Positions 52,472 to 63,994 of a stretch of 64,000 nt of DNA are shown here, in pieces. Location of the stretch: sequence record MK327944.1. One strand, written 5' to 3'. Each line of letters opens with the position of its first letter. The first letter of the stretch is position 1. This DNA comes from Escherichia phage vB_EcoM_G2540-3. Made by a program: the position numbers and the translations under genes. Below the pieces are notes generated by a model. It did no database searches and was not told the DNA's origin. It worked only from the letters and a program-made list of their open reading frames with translations.

Positions 52472-53389
52472 TCAAAATTCATTAATGCTATTAGTTAATT
52501 TAGAAAGACCCGCTTTTACAAAATATGAATAAATTTTGCCACGCGGTGGTAATTTATATGAATTATAGTAATTCACAATGTTTGAAGCAATATTATCAGG
52601 AATATAATCAAAATCAATTAGAACTAAATTTTCTTTGTATCGATTGTATTCAGATTCGGTGAGAAGCACCTTAGCTTGCTCACGGTCATTAGCAATAGCT
52701 TCAACAATAGAGGTTTTCATTGAAGGAGTTCGTTCACCTTCAACTCTAGTAAACCAAAAGTCAGATCGTACTTTAACTGAAGCAACGTTATCCTTTTTGT
52801 CGCCTTTAAGGATTTTAGTCATGCAATCAATTTCAGCAGAACCGCTTTTAATTTTAACCCATTTCTTATGCATCGGTGACCATTGCTTAACATTTGGATA
52901 TTTGTGAAGTTGAGTAAAGTCACCATCCGACGAAATGATTAAAATCTTATGTCCTTCTAAAGAGAATTTTTTAACAAGAACAGCAATGTGGTCATCCGCT
53001 TCATACTTATCAATATCCATAACAATGTATGGCATATAAGCTTTTAATTCATCTATAACTTTATGACTGGATTCAAAATAACCTTCCCAGTCCCAAGTAG
53101 ATTCTTCTCGTGCTTTTCCACGGTTTTTCTTGTAATAATACGCGAAATCACGACGCCAATATCCAGATTTCGCGTTATCAATACACAGTACAATTTTAGT
53201 GTATCCAAGCGTTTTTGCTTTTTTGACATTAAACTTAATTGAGTTCAATATCAAATGACGAACCATCGATAAATTAATTTTTTCTTTATCTGGGAAGTTT
53301 ACCAGAGCAGTTGAAAGAGCAATTTGACTAAAGTCAATAAAGCAAATTCCTTCTTTGTAATCTTCATCCAGCATCATTTCTAAATCCAT
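52472..53389 (-). CDS. rnh: RNase H (5'-3' exonuclease / flap endonuclease)
   Basis: 305 aa from MDLEMMLDEDYKEGICFIDFSQIALSTA...; track ORF has a 5-codon upstream extension. Confidence 0.9.
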   Translation of the reverse strand: MDLEMMLDEDYKEGICFIDFSQIALSTALVNFPDKEKINLSMVRHLILNSIKFNVKKAKTLGYTKIVLCIDNAKSGYWRRDFAYYYKKNRGKAREESTWDWEGYFESSHKVIDELKAYMPYIVMDIDKYEADDHIAVLVKKFSLEGHKILIISSDGDFTQLHKYPNVKQWSPMHKKWVKIKSGSAEIDCMTKILKGDKKDNVASVKVRSDFWFTRVEGERTPSMKTSIVEAIANDREQAKVLLTESEYNRYKENLVLIDFDYIPDNIASNIVNYYNSYKLPPRGKIYSYFVKAGLSKLTNSINEF

Positions 53390-53449
53390 ATGAACCTCGT
53401 TCAATTAGTGAGATTTCTATTATATACTATCTAAATCTTAAAGTAAACA

Positions 53450-53457
53450 GGTATAAA
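53450..53457 (+). promoter_or_regulatory. late promoter TATAAATA upstream of gene 34
   Basis: Exact TATAAATA 37 nt before the ATG. Confidence 0.6.
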
Positions 53458-53493
53458 TACTTATTATTGAAAACACAATAGGAGCCCGGGAGA

Positions 53494-56400
53494 ATGGCCG
53501 AGATTAAAAGAAAGTTCAGAGCAGAAGATGGTCTGGACGCAGGTGGCGATAAAATAATCAACGTAGCTTTAGCTGACCGTACCGTAGGAACTGACGGTGT
53601 TAACGTTGATTACTTAATTCAAGAAAACACAGTTCAGCAATATGATCCAACTCGTGGATATTTAAAAGATTTTGTAATCATTTATAATAATCGTTTTTGG
53701 GCAGCAACGGATAATATTCCAAAACCTGCTGGAAATTTTAATAGAATTCGTTGGAAAGCATTACGTACTGATGCCGTATATACAACCGTATCATCTGGAC
53801 CATATCAATTAAAATCCGGAGAAGCAATTTCAGTAGATACATCAGTTGGCAATGACATTGAGTTTACTTTACCACCTTCTCCGCTTGATGGAGAAACCGT
53901 AATAATTCAAGATATCGGTGGAAAACCTGGCATAAATCAGGTTAAAATAAATTCTTCAAATCAGAGTATTGTCAATTTTAGAGGTGAACAGGTACGTTCA
54001 GTTTTAATGACTCATCCAAAGTCACAGATGATATTCATTTTTAATAATCGTTTGTGGCAAATGTATGTTGCTGATTATAGCAGAGAAGCTGCGATTGTTA
54101 CTCCATCGACTGCGTATCAAGCACAATCTAATGATTTTATCGTACGTAGATTTACTTCTGCTGCACCAATTAATGTTAAACTTCCGAGATTTGCTAATCA
54201 TGGCGATATTATTAATTTCGTTGATTTAGATAAACTGAATCCACTTTATCATACAATTGTTACTACATACGATGAAACGACTTCAGTACAAGAAGTTGGA
54301 ACTCATTCCATTGAAGGCCGTACATCGATTGACGGTTTCTTGATGTTTGACGATAATGAGAAATTGTGGAGATTGTTTGACGGGGATAGTAAAGCACGTT
54401 TACGCATTATAACAACTAATTCAAATATTCGTCCAAATGAAGAAGTCATGGTATTTGGCGCGAATAATGGAACAACCCAAACAATTGAACTTCAGCTTCC
54501 GACTGATATTTCTGTTGGTGATACTGTTAAAATTTCCATGAATTACATGAGAAAAGGACAAACAGTTAAAATCAAAGCTGCTGGTGAAGATAAAATTGCT
54601 TCTTCAGTTCAATTGCTGCAATTCCCAAAACGTTCAGAATATCCGCCTGAAGCTGAATGGGTAACAGTTCAAGAATTAGTTTTTAATGGTGAAACTAATT
54701 ATGTACCAGTTTTGCAACTTGCTTATATAGAAGATTCTGATGGAAAATACTGGGTTGTACAGCAAAACGTTCCAACAGTTGAAAGAGTCGATTCTTTAAA
54801 TAATTCTACTAGAGCAAGATTAGGCGTAATTGCTTTAGCTACACAAGCTCAAGCAAATGCTGATTTAGAAAATTCTCCACAAAAAGAATTAGCAATTACT
54901 CCAGAAACGTTAGCTAATCGTACTGCTACTGAAACTCGCAGAGGTATTGCAAGAATAGCAACTACTGCTCAAGTAAATCAGAACACCACATTCTCTTTTG
55001 CAGATGACCTTATCATCACTCCTAAAAAGCTGAATGAAAGAACTGCTACAGAAACTCGTAGAGGTGTTGCTGAAATTGCTACGCAGCAGGAAACTAATAC
55101 AGGTATCGATGATACTACAATCATCACTCCTAAAAAGCTTCAAGCTCGTCAAGGTTCTGAAACATTATCGGGTATTGTAACTTTTGTATCTACTGCAGGA
55201 GCTACTCCAGCTTCTAGTCGTGAATTAAATGGTACAAATGTTTATAATAAAAACACTAATAATTTAGTTGTTTCACCTAAAGCTTTGGATCAGTATAAAG
55301 CTACTCCAACGCAACAAGGCGCAGTAATTTTAGCAGTTGAAAGTGAAGTAATTGCTGGACAAAGCCAAGAAGGATGGGCAAATGCGGTTGTAACACCAGA
55401 AACGTTACATAAAAAGACATCAACTGATGGAAGAATTGGTTTAATTGAAATTGCTACGCAAAGCGAAGTTAATACAGGAACTGATTATACTCGCGCAGTC
55501 ACTCCTAAAACTTTAAATGACCGTAGAGCAACTGAAAGTTTAAGTGGTATAGCTGAAATTGCTACGCAAGTTGAATTCGACGCAGGCGTCGACGATACTC
55601 GTATCTCTACACCATTAAAAATTAAAACCAGATTTAATAGTACTGATCGTACTTCTGTTGTTGCTCTATCTGGATTAGTTGAATCAGGAACTCTCTGGGA
55701 CCATTATACCCTTAATATTCTTGAAGCAAATGAGACACAGCGTGGTACACTTCGTGTAGCTACACAAGTTGAAGCTGCTGCAGGAACATTGGATAATGTT
55801 CTAATAACTCCTAAAAAGCTTTTAGGTACTAAATCTACTGAAGCACAGGAAGGCGTTATTAAAGTTGCAACTCGGTCTGAAACTGTAGCTGGAACGTCAG
55901 CAAATACTGCTGTATCTCCAAAAAATTTAAAATGGATTGTGCAGAGTGAACCTACTTGGGCAGCGACTACTGCGATAAGAGGTTTTGTTAAAACTTCGTC
56001 TGGTTCAATTACATTCGTTGGTAATGATACAGCTGGTTCAACACAGCCATTAGAATCATATGAGAAAAATGGTTATGCAGTATCACCATATGAATTAAAT
56101 CGCGTATTAGCAAATTATTTGCCATTAAAAGCAAAAGCCGTAGATAGTAATTTATTAGATGGTCTAGATTCGCTCCAGTTCATTCGTAGGGACATTGCAC
56201 AAACAGTTAATGGTTCACTAACCTTAACCCAACAAACGAATCTGAGTGCCCCTCTTGTATCATCTAGTACTGCTACATTCGGTGGATCAGTTTCAGCAAA
56301 TAGTACATTAACTATTTCTAATACTGGAACGGCAACTCGTCTGATTTTTGAGAAAGGACCTCAAACTGGAACAAACCCGGCTCAAACGATGACAGTCAGA

Positions 56401-57363
56401 GTGTGGGGAAATCAATTTAGCGGGGAATCAGACACAACACGTTCTACCGTATTTGAAGTTAGTGATGAAACGTCTAGTCATTTTTATTCTCAGCGTAATA
56501 AAGCTGGAAATATAACATTTAATATCAACGGTACAGTAACACCGATAAATGTTAATGCTTCAGGAACATTGAATGCAAATGGTGTAGCAACATTTGGTAA
56601 TTCAGTCACTGCAACTGGTGAAATTATTTCTCGAAGCGCAAATGCTTTCCGTGCTATTAACGGAAATTATGGTTTCATTGTTCGCAATGATGGATCAGTA
56701 ACGAATTTTATGCTTACTGCATCGGGTGATCAGACTGGTGGATTTAATGGATTACGTCCAGTATCAATTAATAATCAATCTGGTCAGGTTACAATTGGTG
56801 AAAGCTTAATCATTGCAAAAGGTGCTACTATAAGTTCAGGCGGTTTAACTGTTAACTCGAGAATTCGTTCTCAAGGTACTAAAACTTCTGATTTATACAC
56901 TCGCGCACCAACATCTGATACAGTAGGATTCTGGTCAATTGATATTAATGATTCAGCCACTTATAATCAATTCCCTGGTTATTTTAAAATGGTTGAAAAA
57001 ACTAATGAAGTGACTGGTCTTCCATATTTAGAACGTGGCGAAGAAGTTAAATCTCCTGGTACATTGACTCAGTTTGGTAACACACTTGATTCACTTTACC
57101 AAGATTGGATTACTTATCCAACGACCCCAGAAGCACGTACCACTCGCTGGACACGTACATGGCAGAAAACCAAAAACTCTTGGTCAAGTTTTGTTCAGGT
57201 ATTTGACGGAGGTAACCCTCCTCAACCTTCAGATATAGGAGCGATCCCATCTGATAATGGAATAATAGGTAATCTTACTATTCGCGATTTCTTGCGAATT
57301 GGTAATGTTCGCATTATTCCTGACCCAGTGAATAAAACTGTTAAATTTGAGTGGATTGAATAA
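53494..57363 (+). CDS. 34: long tail fibre proximal subunit gp34
   Basis: 1289 aa; repetitive fibre sequence. Confidence 0.95.
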   Translation: MAEIKRKFRAEDGLDAGGDKIINVALADRTVGTDGVNVDYLIQENTVQQYDPTRGYLKDFVIIYNNRFWAATDNIPKPAGNFNRIRWKALRTDAVYTTVSSGPYQLKSGEAISVDTSVGNDIEFTLPPSPLDGETVIIQDIGGKPGINQVKINSSNQSIVNFRGEQVRSVLMTHPKSQMIFIFNNRLWQMYVADYSREAAIVTPSTAYQAQSNDFIVRRFTSAAPINVKLPRFANHGDIINFVDLDKLNPLYHTIVTTYDETTSVQEVGTHSIEGRTSIDGFLMFDDNEKLWRLFDGDSKARLRIITTNSNIRPNEEVMVFGANNGTTQTIELQLPTDISVGDTVKISMNYMRKGQTVKIKAAGEDKIASSVQLLQFPKRSEYPPEAEWVTVQELVFNGETNYVPVLQLAYIEDSDGKYWVVQQNVPTVERVDSLNNSTRARLGVIALATQAQANADLENSPQKELAITPETLANRTATETRRGIARIATTAQVNQNTTFSFADDLIITPKKLNERTATETRRGVAEIATQQETNTGIDDTTIITPKKLQARQGSETLSGIVTFVSTAGATPASSRELNGTNVYNKNTNNLVVSPKALDQYKATPTQQGAVILAVESEVIAGQSQEGWANAVVTPETLHKKTSTDGRIGLIEIATQSEVNTGTDYTRAVTPKTLNDRRATESLSGIAEIATQVEFDAGVDDTRISTPLKIKTRFNSTDRTSVVALSGLVESGTLWDHYTLNILEANETQRGTLRVATQVEAAAGTLDNVLITPKKLLGTKSTEAQEGVIKVATRSETVAGTSANTAVSPKNLKWIVQSEPTWAATTAIRGFVKTSSGSITFVGNDTAGSTQPLESYEKNGYAVSPYELNRVLANYLPLKAKAVDSNLLDGLDSLQFIRRDIAQTVNGSLTLTQQTNLSAPLVSSSTATFGGSVSANSTLTISNTGTATRLIFEKGPQTGTNPAQTMTVRVWGNQFSGESDTTRSTVFEVSDETSSHFYSQRNKAGNITFNINGTVTPINVNASGTLNANGVATFGNSVTATGEIISRSANAFRAINGNYGFIVRNDGSVTNFMLTASGDQTGGFNGLRPVSINNQSGQVTIGESLIIAKGATISSGGLTVNSRIRSQGTKTSDLYTRAPTSDTVGFWSIDINDSATYNQFPGYFKMVEKTNEVTGLPYLERGEEVKSPGTLTQFGNTLDSLYQDWITYPTTPEARTTRWTRTWQKTKNSWSSFVQVFDGGNPPQPSDIGAIPSDNGIIGNLTIRDFLRIGNVRIIPDPVNKTVKFEWIE

Positions 57364-57371
57364 GAGGTATT

Positions 57372-58487
57372 ATGGAAAAATTTATGGCAGAGTTTGGACA
57401 AGGATATGTCCAAACGCCATTTTTATCGGAAAGCAATTCAGTAAGATATAAAATAAGCATAGCGGGTTCTTGCCCGCTTTCTACTGCGGGGCCATATGTT
57501 AAATTTCAGGATAATCCCGTTGGAAATCAAACATTTAGTGCAGGTCTTCATTTAAGAGTTTTTGACCCTTCTACGGGAGCATTAGTTGATAGCAAGTCAT
57601 ATGCTTTTTCTGCTTCAAACAATACAACATCTGCCGCTTTTGTTAGTTTCATGAATTCTTTGTCAAACAATAGACTTGTTGCTATATTAACTAGCGGAAA
57701 GGTTAATTTTCCTCCTGAAGTGGTATCTTGGTTAAGGGGAGCAGGAACTTCAGTTTTTCCATCAGATTCAGTATTGTCAAGATTTGACGTATCATATGCT
57801 GCTTTTTATACTTCTTCTAAAAGAGCTATTGCATTAGAGCATGTTAAACTAAGTAATAGAAAAAGCACAGATGATTATCAAACTATTTTAGATGTTGTAT
57901 TTGATAGTTTAGAAGACGTCGGAGCGACAGGATTTCCAAAAAGAACTTATGAAAGTGTCGAGCAATTCATGTCAGCAGTTGGTGGAACTAATAACGAAAT
58001 TGCGCGATTGCCAACTTCAGCTGCTATAAGTAAACTTTCTGACTATAATTTAATTCCTGGTGATGTTCTTTATCTTAAAGCACAGTTATATGCTGATGCT
58101 GATTTACTTGATCTTGGAACTACAAACATATCCATTCGTTTTTATGATGCATCAAATGGATATATTTCCTCGACCCAAGCTGAGTTTACTGGGCAAGCTG
58201 GGTCTTGGGAATTAAAAGAAGACTATGTAGTTGTTCCAGAAAACGCCGTAGGATTTACGATATATGCACAAAGAACTGCTCAAGCAGGTCAAGGCGGCAT
58301 GAGAAATTTAAGTTTTTCTGAAGTATCAAGAAATGGCGGCATTTCAAAACCTGCCGAATTTGGCGTCAACGGTATTCGCGTTAATTATGTCTGTGAATCG
58401 GCTTCACCTCCAGATATAATGGTACTTCCTACACAAGCCTCTTCTAAAACTGGCAAAGTGTTTGGACAGGAATTTAGAGAAGTTTAA
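57372..58487 (+). CDS. 35: long tail fibre hinge connector gp35
   Basis: 371 aa; immediately downstream of 34. Confidence 0.9.
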   Translation: MEKFMAEFGQGYVQTPFLSESNSVRYKISIAGSCPLSTAGPYVKFQDNPVGNQTFSAGLHLRVFDPSTGALVDSKSYAFSASNNTTSAAFVSFMNSLSNNRLVAILTSGKVNFPPEVVSWLRGAGTSVFPSDSVLSRFDVSYAAFYTSSKRAIALEHVKLSNRKSTDDYQTILDVVFDSLEDVGATGFPKRTYESVEQFMSAVGGTNNEIARLPTSAAISKLSDYNLIPGDVLYLKAQLYADADLLDLGTTNISIRFYDASNGYISSTQAEFTGQAGSWELKEDYVVVPENAVGFTIYAQRTAQAGQGGMRNLSFSEVSRNGGISKPAEFGVNGIRVNYVCESASPPDIMVLPTQASSKTGKVFGQEFREV

Positions 58488-58492
58488 ACTGA

Positions 58493-58510
58493 GGGAGCCT
58501 TCGGGTTCCC
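58493..58510 (+). terminator. terminator after gene 35
   Basis: GGGAGCCUUCGGGUUCCC followed by tttttcttt. Confidence 0.6.
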
Positions 58511-58518
58511 TTTTTCTT

Positions 58519-58526
58519 TATAAATA
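58519..58526 (+). promoter_or_regulatory. late promoter TATAAATA upstream of gene 36
   Basis: Exact TATAAATA 24 nt before the ATG. Confidence 0.6.
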
Positions 58527-58549
58527 ATATTAAAATAAAGGGGCATATA

Positions 58550-59200
58550 ATGGCTGATTTAAAAGTAGGTTCAACTGTAGGTGGATCTGTCATTTGGCAT
58601 CAAGGAAATTTTCCATTGAATTCAGCCGGTGACGATGTACTCTACAAATCATTTAAAATATATTCAGAATATAATAAACCGCAGGCAGCTGATAACGATT
58701 TCGTTTCTAAAGCTAATGGTGGTACTTACACCGGTCCAATTACTATTAATTACGGGGTAAATAGTTATCTTCAATTAAGTAATAATGAAACCCCCATCCG
58801 AATTCGTTCTGGTGGCGGCACTGGTAATACTCTTGTAGTTGGTGGCTCTTCTGGCGGTATTAGTTTTAGACCAGCAGGTAGTGAAATCACTACTGGACAA
58901 ATTACTATTACGCCAGAAGGTTTGACAACATTTACCAAAGCTGTAACGGCTCCATCTGTAACTGTTACATCTACTCCTTCCGCAGCATCTGATGTTACTC
59001 GCAAAGATTATGTTGATGGAGCAATAAATACTGTTACAGCAAATGCAAACTCTAGGGTATTACGCTCTGGAGACACTATGACAGGAAATTTAACTGCGCC
59101 AAACCTTTTTTCACAGAATCCTGCATCTCAACCTTCACACGTTCCACGATTTGACCAAATCGTAATTAAGGATTCTGTTCAAGATTTCGGCTATTATTAA
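58550..59200 (+). CDS. 36: long tail fibre distal connector gp36
   Basis: 216 aa; conserved position. Confidence 0.9.
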   Translation: MADLKVGSTVGGSVIWHQGNFPLNSAGDDVLYKSFKIYSEYNKPQAADNDFVSKANGGTYTGPITINYGVNSYLQLSNNETPIRIRSGGGTGNTLVVGGSSGGISFRPAGSEITTGQITITPEGLTTFTKAVTAPSVTVTSTPSAASDVTRKDYVDGAINTVTANANSRVLRSGDTMTGNLTAPNLFSQNPASQPSHVPRFDQIVIKDSVQDFGYY

Positions 59201-59208
59201 GAGGACTT

Positions 59209-62157
59209 ATGGCTACTTTAAAACAAATACAATTTAAAAGAAGCAAAACTGCAGGTCAACGTCCTGCTGCTTCAGTATTAGCCGAAGGTGAATTGGCTAT
59301 AAACTTAAAAGATAAAACAATTTTCACAAAAGATGACTCAGGCAGTGTTATAGAATTAGGTTTAAAATATGGAGGAACAATTGATGGTTCTTTAACTGTT
59401 AATGGAAATATAATTGGAAATTTAACAGGTAACGCTGCAACTGCAACGAAATTAAAAACAGCACGAAAAATTAATGGTATATCCTTTGATGGGTCAAAAG
59501 ATATCACGCTAACTCCATCTGACATAAATGTCAATAGCACAACGTTTATAAAAAATAATGGCGAATTACCTGTTGATGCTAATTTAGATACGTATGGGCC
59601 TGTTGAAGAATATCTTGGAGTTTGGTCGAAAGCAACTTCAACCAACGCTCAACCAGCAAATAAATTTCCAGAAGAAAATGCTGTAGGTGTGCTAGAAGTA
59701 TTTGTGGCCGGTCAATTTGCTGGTACTCAGAGATATACAACTAGATACGGAAATGTTTATATTCGTTCCTTGACTGCTACATGGAACGGAGTAAACGGTC
59801 CGTGGAGTGCGTGGCGAAATATTCAATCTGGTACTCGTCCACTGTCAACAACGATTGATCTTAATGATCTAGGAGGCGCTGAACACCTTGGTTTGTGGCG
59901 AAATAGTTCAAATTCCATTGCTACCTTTGACAGAAATTTCCCAGAAGAAGGATCGTCCGCTCAAGGACTTTTAGAAGTATATGAAGGTGGAAACTATTCT
60001 CGCACACAGAGATATACGACCAGATTTGGTGTTGTTTATACTCGTTGTCTTGCTGCTGCGTGGGATGCTTCTGCGCCTAAATGGGGACCTTGGCAACAAG
60101 TCGGTAATGTCACACCGGCGACTTTCTATGACGGAGATCTGAATGATTTTAAAACTCCTGGGTTATATAATATTTTAGGCACTGATGCCGTTATTAACTG
60201 TCCTACCGGTGAAGGTTTGCCGACTGTTATTGTTGGTTTGCTGGAAGTTAAACAGCGTGCTTCTGGCGGTGCTATTTTCCAAAAATTTACTACTGCCGGA
60301 ACGGGTGCAACTACTCGCGATCGTATTTTTGAGCGTGCATATACTGGTGGTGTGTGGGGTGCATGGAACGAAGTATATACATCTTACTCTCTGCCAATTA
60401 CTTTAGGTATGGGTGGTATTAAAACTCAATTAGCGGAGCTAGATTGGCAAACATTTGATTTTGTTCCTGGTAGTATGTTTAGCGTTCCTTTGAACAAAAT
60501 AAAGAACATGCCAGCTAATATGAATTGGGGCACGATTGACGGAAACTTAATTATGTTTTCTGTTGGTCCTAGCGAGCACACCAGCACAGGACGTACTGTT
60601 CAGGTTTGGCGTGGAACTGTATCCCAGACAAACTATCGTTATTTTGTCGTTCGTGTGTTCGGTAATTCTGGAAATAGAACTTGCACAGTTCGCCGTGTTG
60701 TTCTTGAAGATGGATCACATACTTGGACTGCTCAACAAAACTTTAGGGGATTGTTGAATATCACTGCTGCTGTTAATCTTGGTGCTAATCAGAAAATTTC
60801 ACTTGCTCCAGGAGCATATATTCAAGCCCCTGCTAGCGGTTCTGGTTCTAATACTTACGCGAATCAGAATACTACCATTGCACCATTATATCAGGCCATT
60901 GACGATTCAAATAAAAACCAGTTTGCGCCAATTGTTAAACAGAAAAACACTGTAACAAATATTACTATGGCTTCTGGTATGGATATTGCTAGTTCAGAAT
61001 ATCGTATCGTTGCTCAGGGTGATTTATCCGCTACTGGAACTACAGCCACTAAATTAGCTACATGGCGTTTCTTGCCGTCTGGCCGATTCATGTCACAAAG
61101 CCGAGTTTATGCTGGCGCAGCATTCTTGAACACTGATGGTAACATTGCTGGTTCAATCTGGAAGAAATACAACGATGCAACCAATTTAGATGCTGCCTTG
61201 AATACTCGCCTAGGTAAAGGCGGTGATACGATGACAGGTCGGTTAACAATCAATGCACCTAATGATTCTATCGTATTATCAACAACTGCTAGTAATTCTT
61301 TGCATATTCGCGGTGACATAGACGGGACTGGTAACTGGTATATTGGCAAGGGTGGTGCTGATAATTCGCTAGCATTTTATAGCTATGCTACTCAGGCGGC
61401 AGTACATATCACAAACAATGGTGAGATTTCGCTAAATCCACAAAATATCGCAATGGTTAACGTTAACCGCGATCGTGTACACATTAACGGTTCTGGATGG
61501 ATTGCTAGACAACCGGGTGATTGGGGCAACCAATGGCGAGTAGAAGCTCCATTATTCGTCGATCATGGTTATGTTTCACAGGATTGTTATTATCCAATTA
61601 TTAAAGGAAGAAGTGTAATCACCAATCAAGGGTTTGTAACTGCCGTCGATCTTGGTATTCGTCGTGTCCCTAACAATTGGGGGCAAGCAATTATTCGTGT
61701 TGGATCTGCAGAGGCATCGCCAGCGGCTGAACACCCTAACGCGGTATTTGAATTTCATTACGACGGTACTTTCTATTCTCCTGGTAATGGTAACTTTAAC
61801 GATGTGTATATTCGTTCCGATGGTCGTCTTAAGATTAATAAAAAAGAGCTAGAAAACGGAGCACTTGAAAAAGTATGTCGACTGAAAGTTTATATTTACG
61901 ATAAAGTTAAGTCTATTAAAGACCGTAGTGTTATTAAACGTGAAGTTGGTATTATTGCTCAGGACCTTGAAAAGGAATTACCGGAAGCTGTATCTAAAGT
62001 TGAAGTTGATGGATCTGATGTTCTGACAATTTCTAACTCTACAGTGAATGCTCTTTTAATTAAGGCTATTCAGGAAATGAGTGAAGAAATTAAAGAATTG
62101 AAAACGCCTCTCTTTACTAAAATTGCTCGCAAAATTAGTAAATATTTTAAATTCTAA
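59209..62157 (+). CDS. 37: long tail fibre distal subunit gp37 with C-terminal intramolecular-chaperone-like domain
   Basis: 982 aa; last 113 aa begin [20 protein letters not shown], resembling S74-type autoproteolytic chaperone domains. Confidence 0.9.
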   Translation: MATLKQIQFKRSKTAGQRPAASVLAEGELAINLKDKTIFTKDDSGSVIELGLKYGGTIDGSLTVNGNIIGNLTGNAATATKLKTARKINGISFDGSKDITLTPSDINVNSTTFIKNNGELPVDANLDTYGPVEEYLGVWSKATSTNAQPANKFPEENAVGVLEVFVAGQFAGTQRYTTRYGNVYIRSLTATWNGVNGPWSAWRNIQSGTRPLSTTIDLNDLGGAEHLGLWRNSSNSIATFDRNFPEEGSSAQGLLEVYEGGNYSRTQRYTTRFGVVYTRCLAAAWDASAPKWGPWQQVGNVTPATFYDGDLNDFKTPGLYNILGTDAVINCPTGEGLPTVIVGLLEVKQRASGGAIFQKFTTAGTGATTRDRIFERAYTGGVWGAWNEVYTSYSLPITLGMGGIKTQLAELDWQTFDFVPGSMFSVPLNKIKNMPANMNWGTIDGNLIMFSVGPSEHTSTGRTVQVWRGTVSQTNYRYFVVRVFGNSGNRTCTVRRVVLEDGSHTWTAQQNFRGLLNITAAVNLGANQKISLAPGAYIQAPASGSGSNTYANQNTTIAPLYQAIDDSNKNQFAPIVKQKNTVTNITMASGMDIASSEYRIVAQGDLSATGTTATKLATWRFLPSGRFMSQSRVYAGAAFLNTDGNIAGSIWKKYNDATNLDAALNTRLGKGGDTMTGRLTINAPNDSIVLSTTASNSLHIRGDIDGTGNWYIGKGGADNSLAFYSYATQAAVHITNNGEISLNPQNIAMVNVNRDRVHINGSGWIARQPGDWGNQWRVEAPLFVDHGYVSQDCYYPIIKGRSVITNQGFVTAVDLGIRRVPNNWGQAIIRVGSAEASPAAEHPNAVFEFHYDGTFYSPGNGNFNDVYIRSDGRLKINKKELENGALEKVCRLKVYIYDKVKSIKDRSVIKREVGIIAQDLEKELPEAVSKVEVDGSDVLTISNSTVNALLIKAIQEMSEEIKELKTPLFTKIARKISKYFKF

Positions 62158-62163
62158 CAACAA

Positions 62164-62178
62164 GGGGGAAATGCCCCC
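62164..62178 (+). terminator. hairpin after gene 37
   Basis: ggggg-aaatg-ccccc followed by tttgg. Confidence 0.4.
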
Positions 62179-62193
62179 TTTGGAGTATAAATT

Positions 62194-62973
62194 ATGGCAG
62201 TAGTTGGAGTTCCTGGCTGGATTGGAAGTTCAGCCGTAAATGAAACGGGTCAGCGCTGGATGAGTCAAGCAGCTGGTCAATTAAGATTGGGTGTTCCTTG
62301 CTGGATGAGTCAATTTGCAGGTCGCTCAAGAGAAATTATTCATACACTTGGAGCAGACCATAACTTCAATGGTCAATGGTTCCGAGATAGATGTTTTGAG
62401 GCAGGTAGTACACCTATAGTGTTTAATATCACTGGAGATTTAGTATCATATTCTAAAGATGTTCCTTTATTCTTCATGTACGGAGATACACCGAATGAAT
62501 ATGTTCAGTTGAATATACACGGCGTAACGATGTATGGACGTGGCGGTAATGGCGGTAGCAATAGTCCTGGTTCAGCTGGAGGTCATTGTATTCAAAACGA
62601 TATTGGTGGGAGACTAAGAATTAATAATGGCGGAGCTATTGCTGGAGGCGGCGGCGGCGGCGGCGGCGGCAACAGGGGTAGACTATCCTTTGACGGCGGA
62701 GGCGGTCGTCCATTTGGCGCTGGTGGGTCTTCCTCTCATATGAGTGCTGGTGCAACCAGCGGCACTATTTACGCTCCGGGTGCAGGATCTGTCGGTGAGG
62801 GGTCTCTTAGTGCATATACAGGCGGGAATGGCGGTGAAGTTGGCTCCGCAGGAGGTAGATGTAATACTCACGGTACCGGTACAGAATATGACGGCGGTGC
62901 TGCTGGTTATGCCGTCATAGGGTCTACACCGACATGGCAAAATGTTGGAGCAATATATGGTCCAAGAGTATAA
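62194..62973 (+). CDS. 38: T2-type receptor-recognising adhesin gp38 (glycine-rich motifs)
   Basis: 259 aa with several poly-Gly blocks ([49 protein letters not shown]) separated by variable segments. Confidence 0.85.
   Translation: MAVVGVPGWIGSSAVNETGQRWMSQAAGQLRLGVPCWMSQFAGRSREIIHTLGADHNFNGQWFRDRCFEAGSTPIVFNITGDLVSYSKDVPLFFMYGDTPNEYVQLNIHGVTMYGRGGNGGSNSPGSAGGHCIQNDIGGRLRINNGGAIAGGGGGGGGGNRGRLSFDGGGGRPFGAGGSSSHMSAGATSGTIYAPGAGSVGEGSLSAYTGGNGGEVGSAGGRCNTHGTGTEYDGGAAGYAVIGSTPTWQNVGAIYGPRV
62647..62670 (+). repeat. (GGC)8 trinucleotide run encoding poly-Gly in gp38
   Basis: ggcggcggcggcggcggcggcggc, preceded by gga, gives nine consecutive Gly. Confidence 0.95.
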
Positions 62974-63003
62974 TTTGAATAAATATCCTTAAAAGGAGGG
63001 TCT

Positions 63004-63660
63004 ATGGCAGCACCTAGAATATCATTTTCGCCCTCTGATATTCTGTTTGGTGTTCTAGATCGCTTGTTCAAAGATAACGCTACCGGGAAGGTTCTTGCTT
63101 CCCGAGTAGCTGTCGTAATTCTTTTATTTATGATGGCGATTGTTTGGTATAGGGGAGATAGTTTCTTTGAGTACTATAAGCAATCAAAGTATGAAACATA
63201 CAGTGAAATTATTGAAAAGGAAAGAAATGCACGCTTTGAATCTGTCGCCCTGGAACAACTCCAGATAGTTCATATATCATCTGAGGCAGACTTTAGTGCG
63301 GTGTATTCTTTCCGCCCTAAAAACTTAAACTATTTTGTTGATATTATAGCATATGAAGGAAAATTACCTTCAACAATAAGTGAAAAATCACTTGGAGGAT
63401 ATCCTGTTGATAAAACTATGGATGAATATACAGTTCATTTAAATGGACGTCATTATTATTCCGACTCAAAATTTGCTTTTTTACCAACTAAAAAGCCTAC
63501 TCCCGAAATAAACTACATGTACAGTTGTCCATATTTTAATTTGGATAATATCTATGCTGGAACGATAACCATGTACTGGTATAGAAATGATCATATAAGT
63601 AATGACCGCCTTGAATCAATATGTGCTCAGGCGGCCAGAATATTAGGAAGGGCTAAATAA
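63004..63660 (+). CDS. t: holin T
   Basis: 218 aa; single N-terminal TMD VAVVILLFMMAIVWY and large periplasmic domain. Confidence 0.95.
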   Translation: MAAPRISFSPSDILFGVLDRLFKDNATGKVLASRVAVVILLFMMAIVWYRGDSFFEYYKQSKYETYSEIIEKERNARFESVALEQLQIVHISSEADFSAVYSFRPKNLNYFVDIIAYEGKLPSTISEKSLGGYPVDKTMDEYTVHLNGRHYYSDSKFAFLPTKKPTPEINYMYSCPYFNLDNIYAGTITMYWYRNDHISNDRLESICAQAARILGRAK

Positions 63661-63933
63661 TTATTTGTTCGTATACATTTCTAGATATCGATATACACCC
63701 TCAAAACCCTCGTTGAATTCATCGATGAGGGTTTTCTTATCTTCTTGAGTTAATTCAGAAACAATTTTACGAAATGAATTCTGATTTAACTTTCTACCTT
63801 CATGCGTTACTCCAATCTCATTAAGAAATGCAATAAAATTAGCACGATTCTCAACAATATCTTCTCTGGAAAATTTAATCAAAATAGATGCAACAGTAAT
63901 AATTTCACGAACTGTATCAATGTTTTTATTCAT
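63661..63933 (-). CDS. asiA: anti-sigma70 factor AsiA
   Basis: 90 aa; MNKNIDTVREIITVASILIKFSREDIVENRANFIAFLNEIGVTHEGRKL... Confidence 0.95.
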   Translation of the reverse strand: MNKNIDTVREIITVASILIKFSREDIVENRANFIAFLNEIGVTHEGRKLNQNSFRKIVSELTQEDKKTLIDEFNEGFEGVYRYLEMYTNK

Positions 63934-63961
63934 TAACTATACCACTCAATTAGTTGACTTT

Positions 63962-63994
63962 GTTATAATATCATCAGACGCTTGATTTGTAAAC
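63962..63994 (-). promoter_or_regulatory. early promoter upstream of asiA
   Basis: - strand GTTTAC - 18 nt - TATTAT, about 30 nt upstream of the asiA ATG; same GTTTACAA -35 architecture as the duplicated cassette. Confidence 0.5.

Noticed and set aside
54910-55152. Antisense 80-aa ORF inside gene 34 (and similar antisense ORFs inside 18, 20, 23, 29, 37, nrdA and alt)
   Set aside because: Nested in well-supported long genes on the other strand, with no independent signals; typical six-frame noise.
62186-62193. TATAAATT motif immediately before the gene 38 ATG as a late promoter
   Set aside because: It ends one base before the start codon, so a transcript starting downstream could not include the ATG; more likely part of the AT-rich ribosome-binding region.
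62640-62710. GGC/GGN repeats as a CRISPR-like or generic simple repeat
   Set aside because: In frame inside gp38 and encoding its glycine-rich motifs; no spacer-repeat periodicity.
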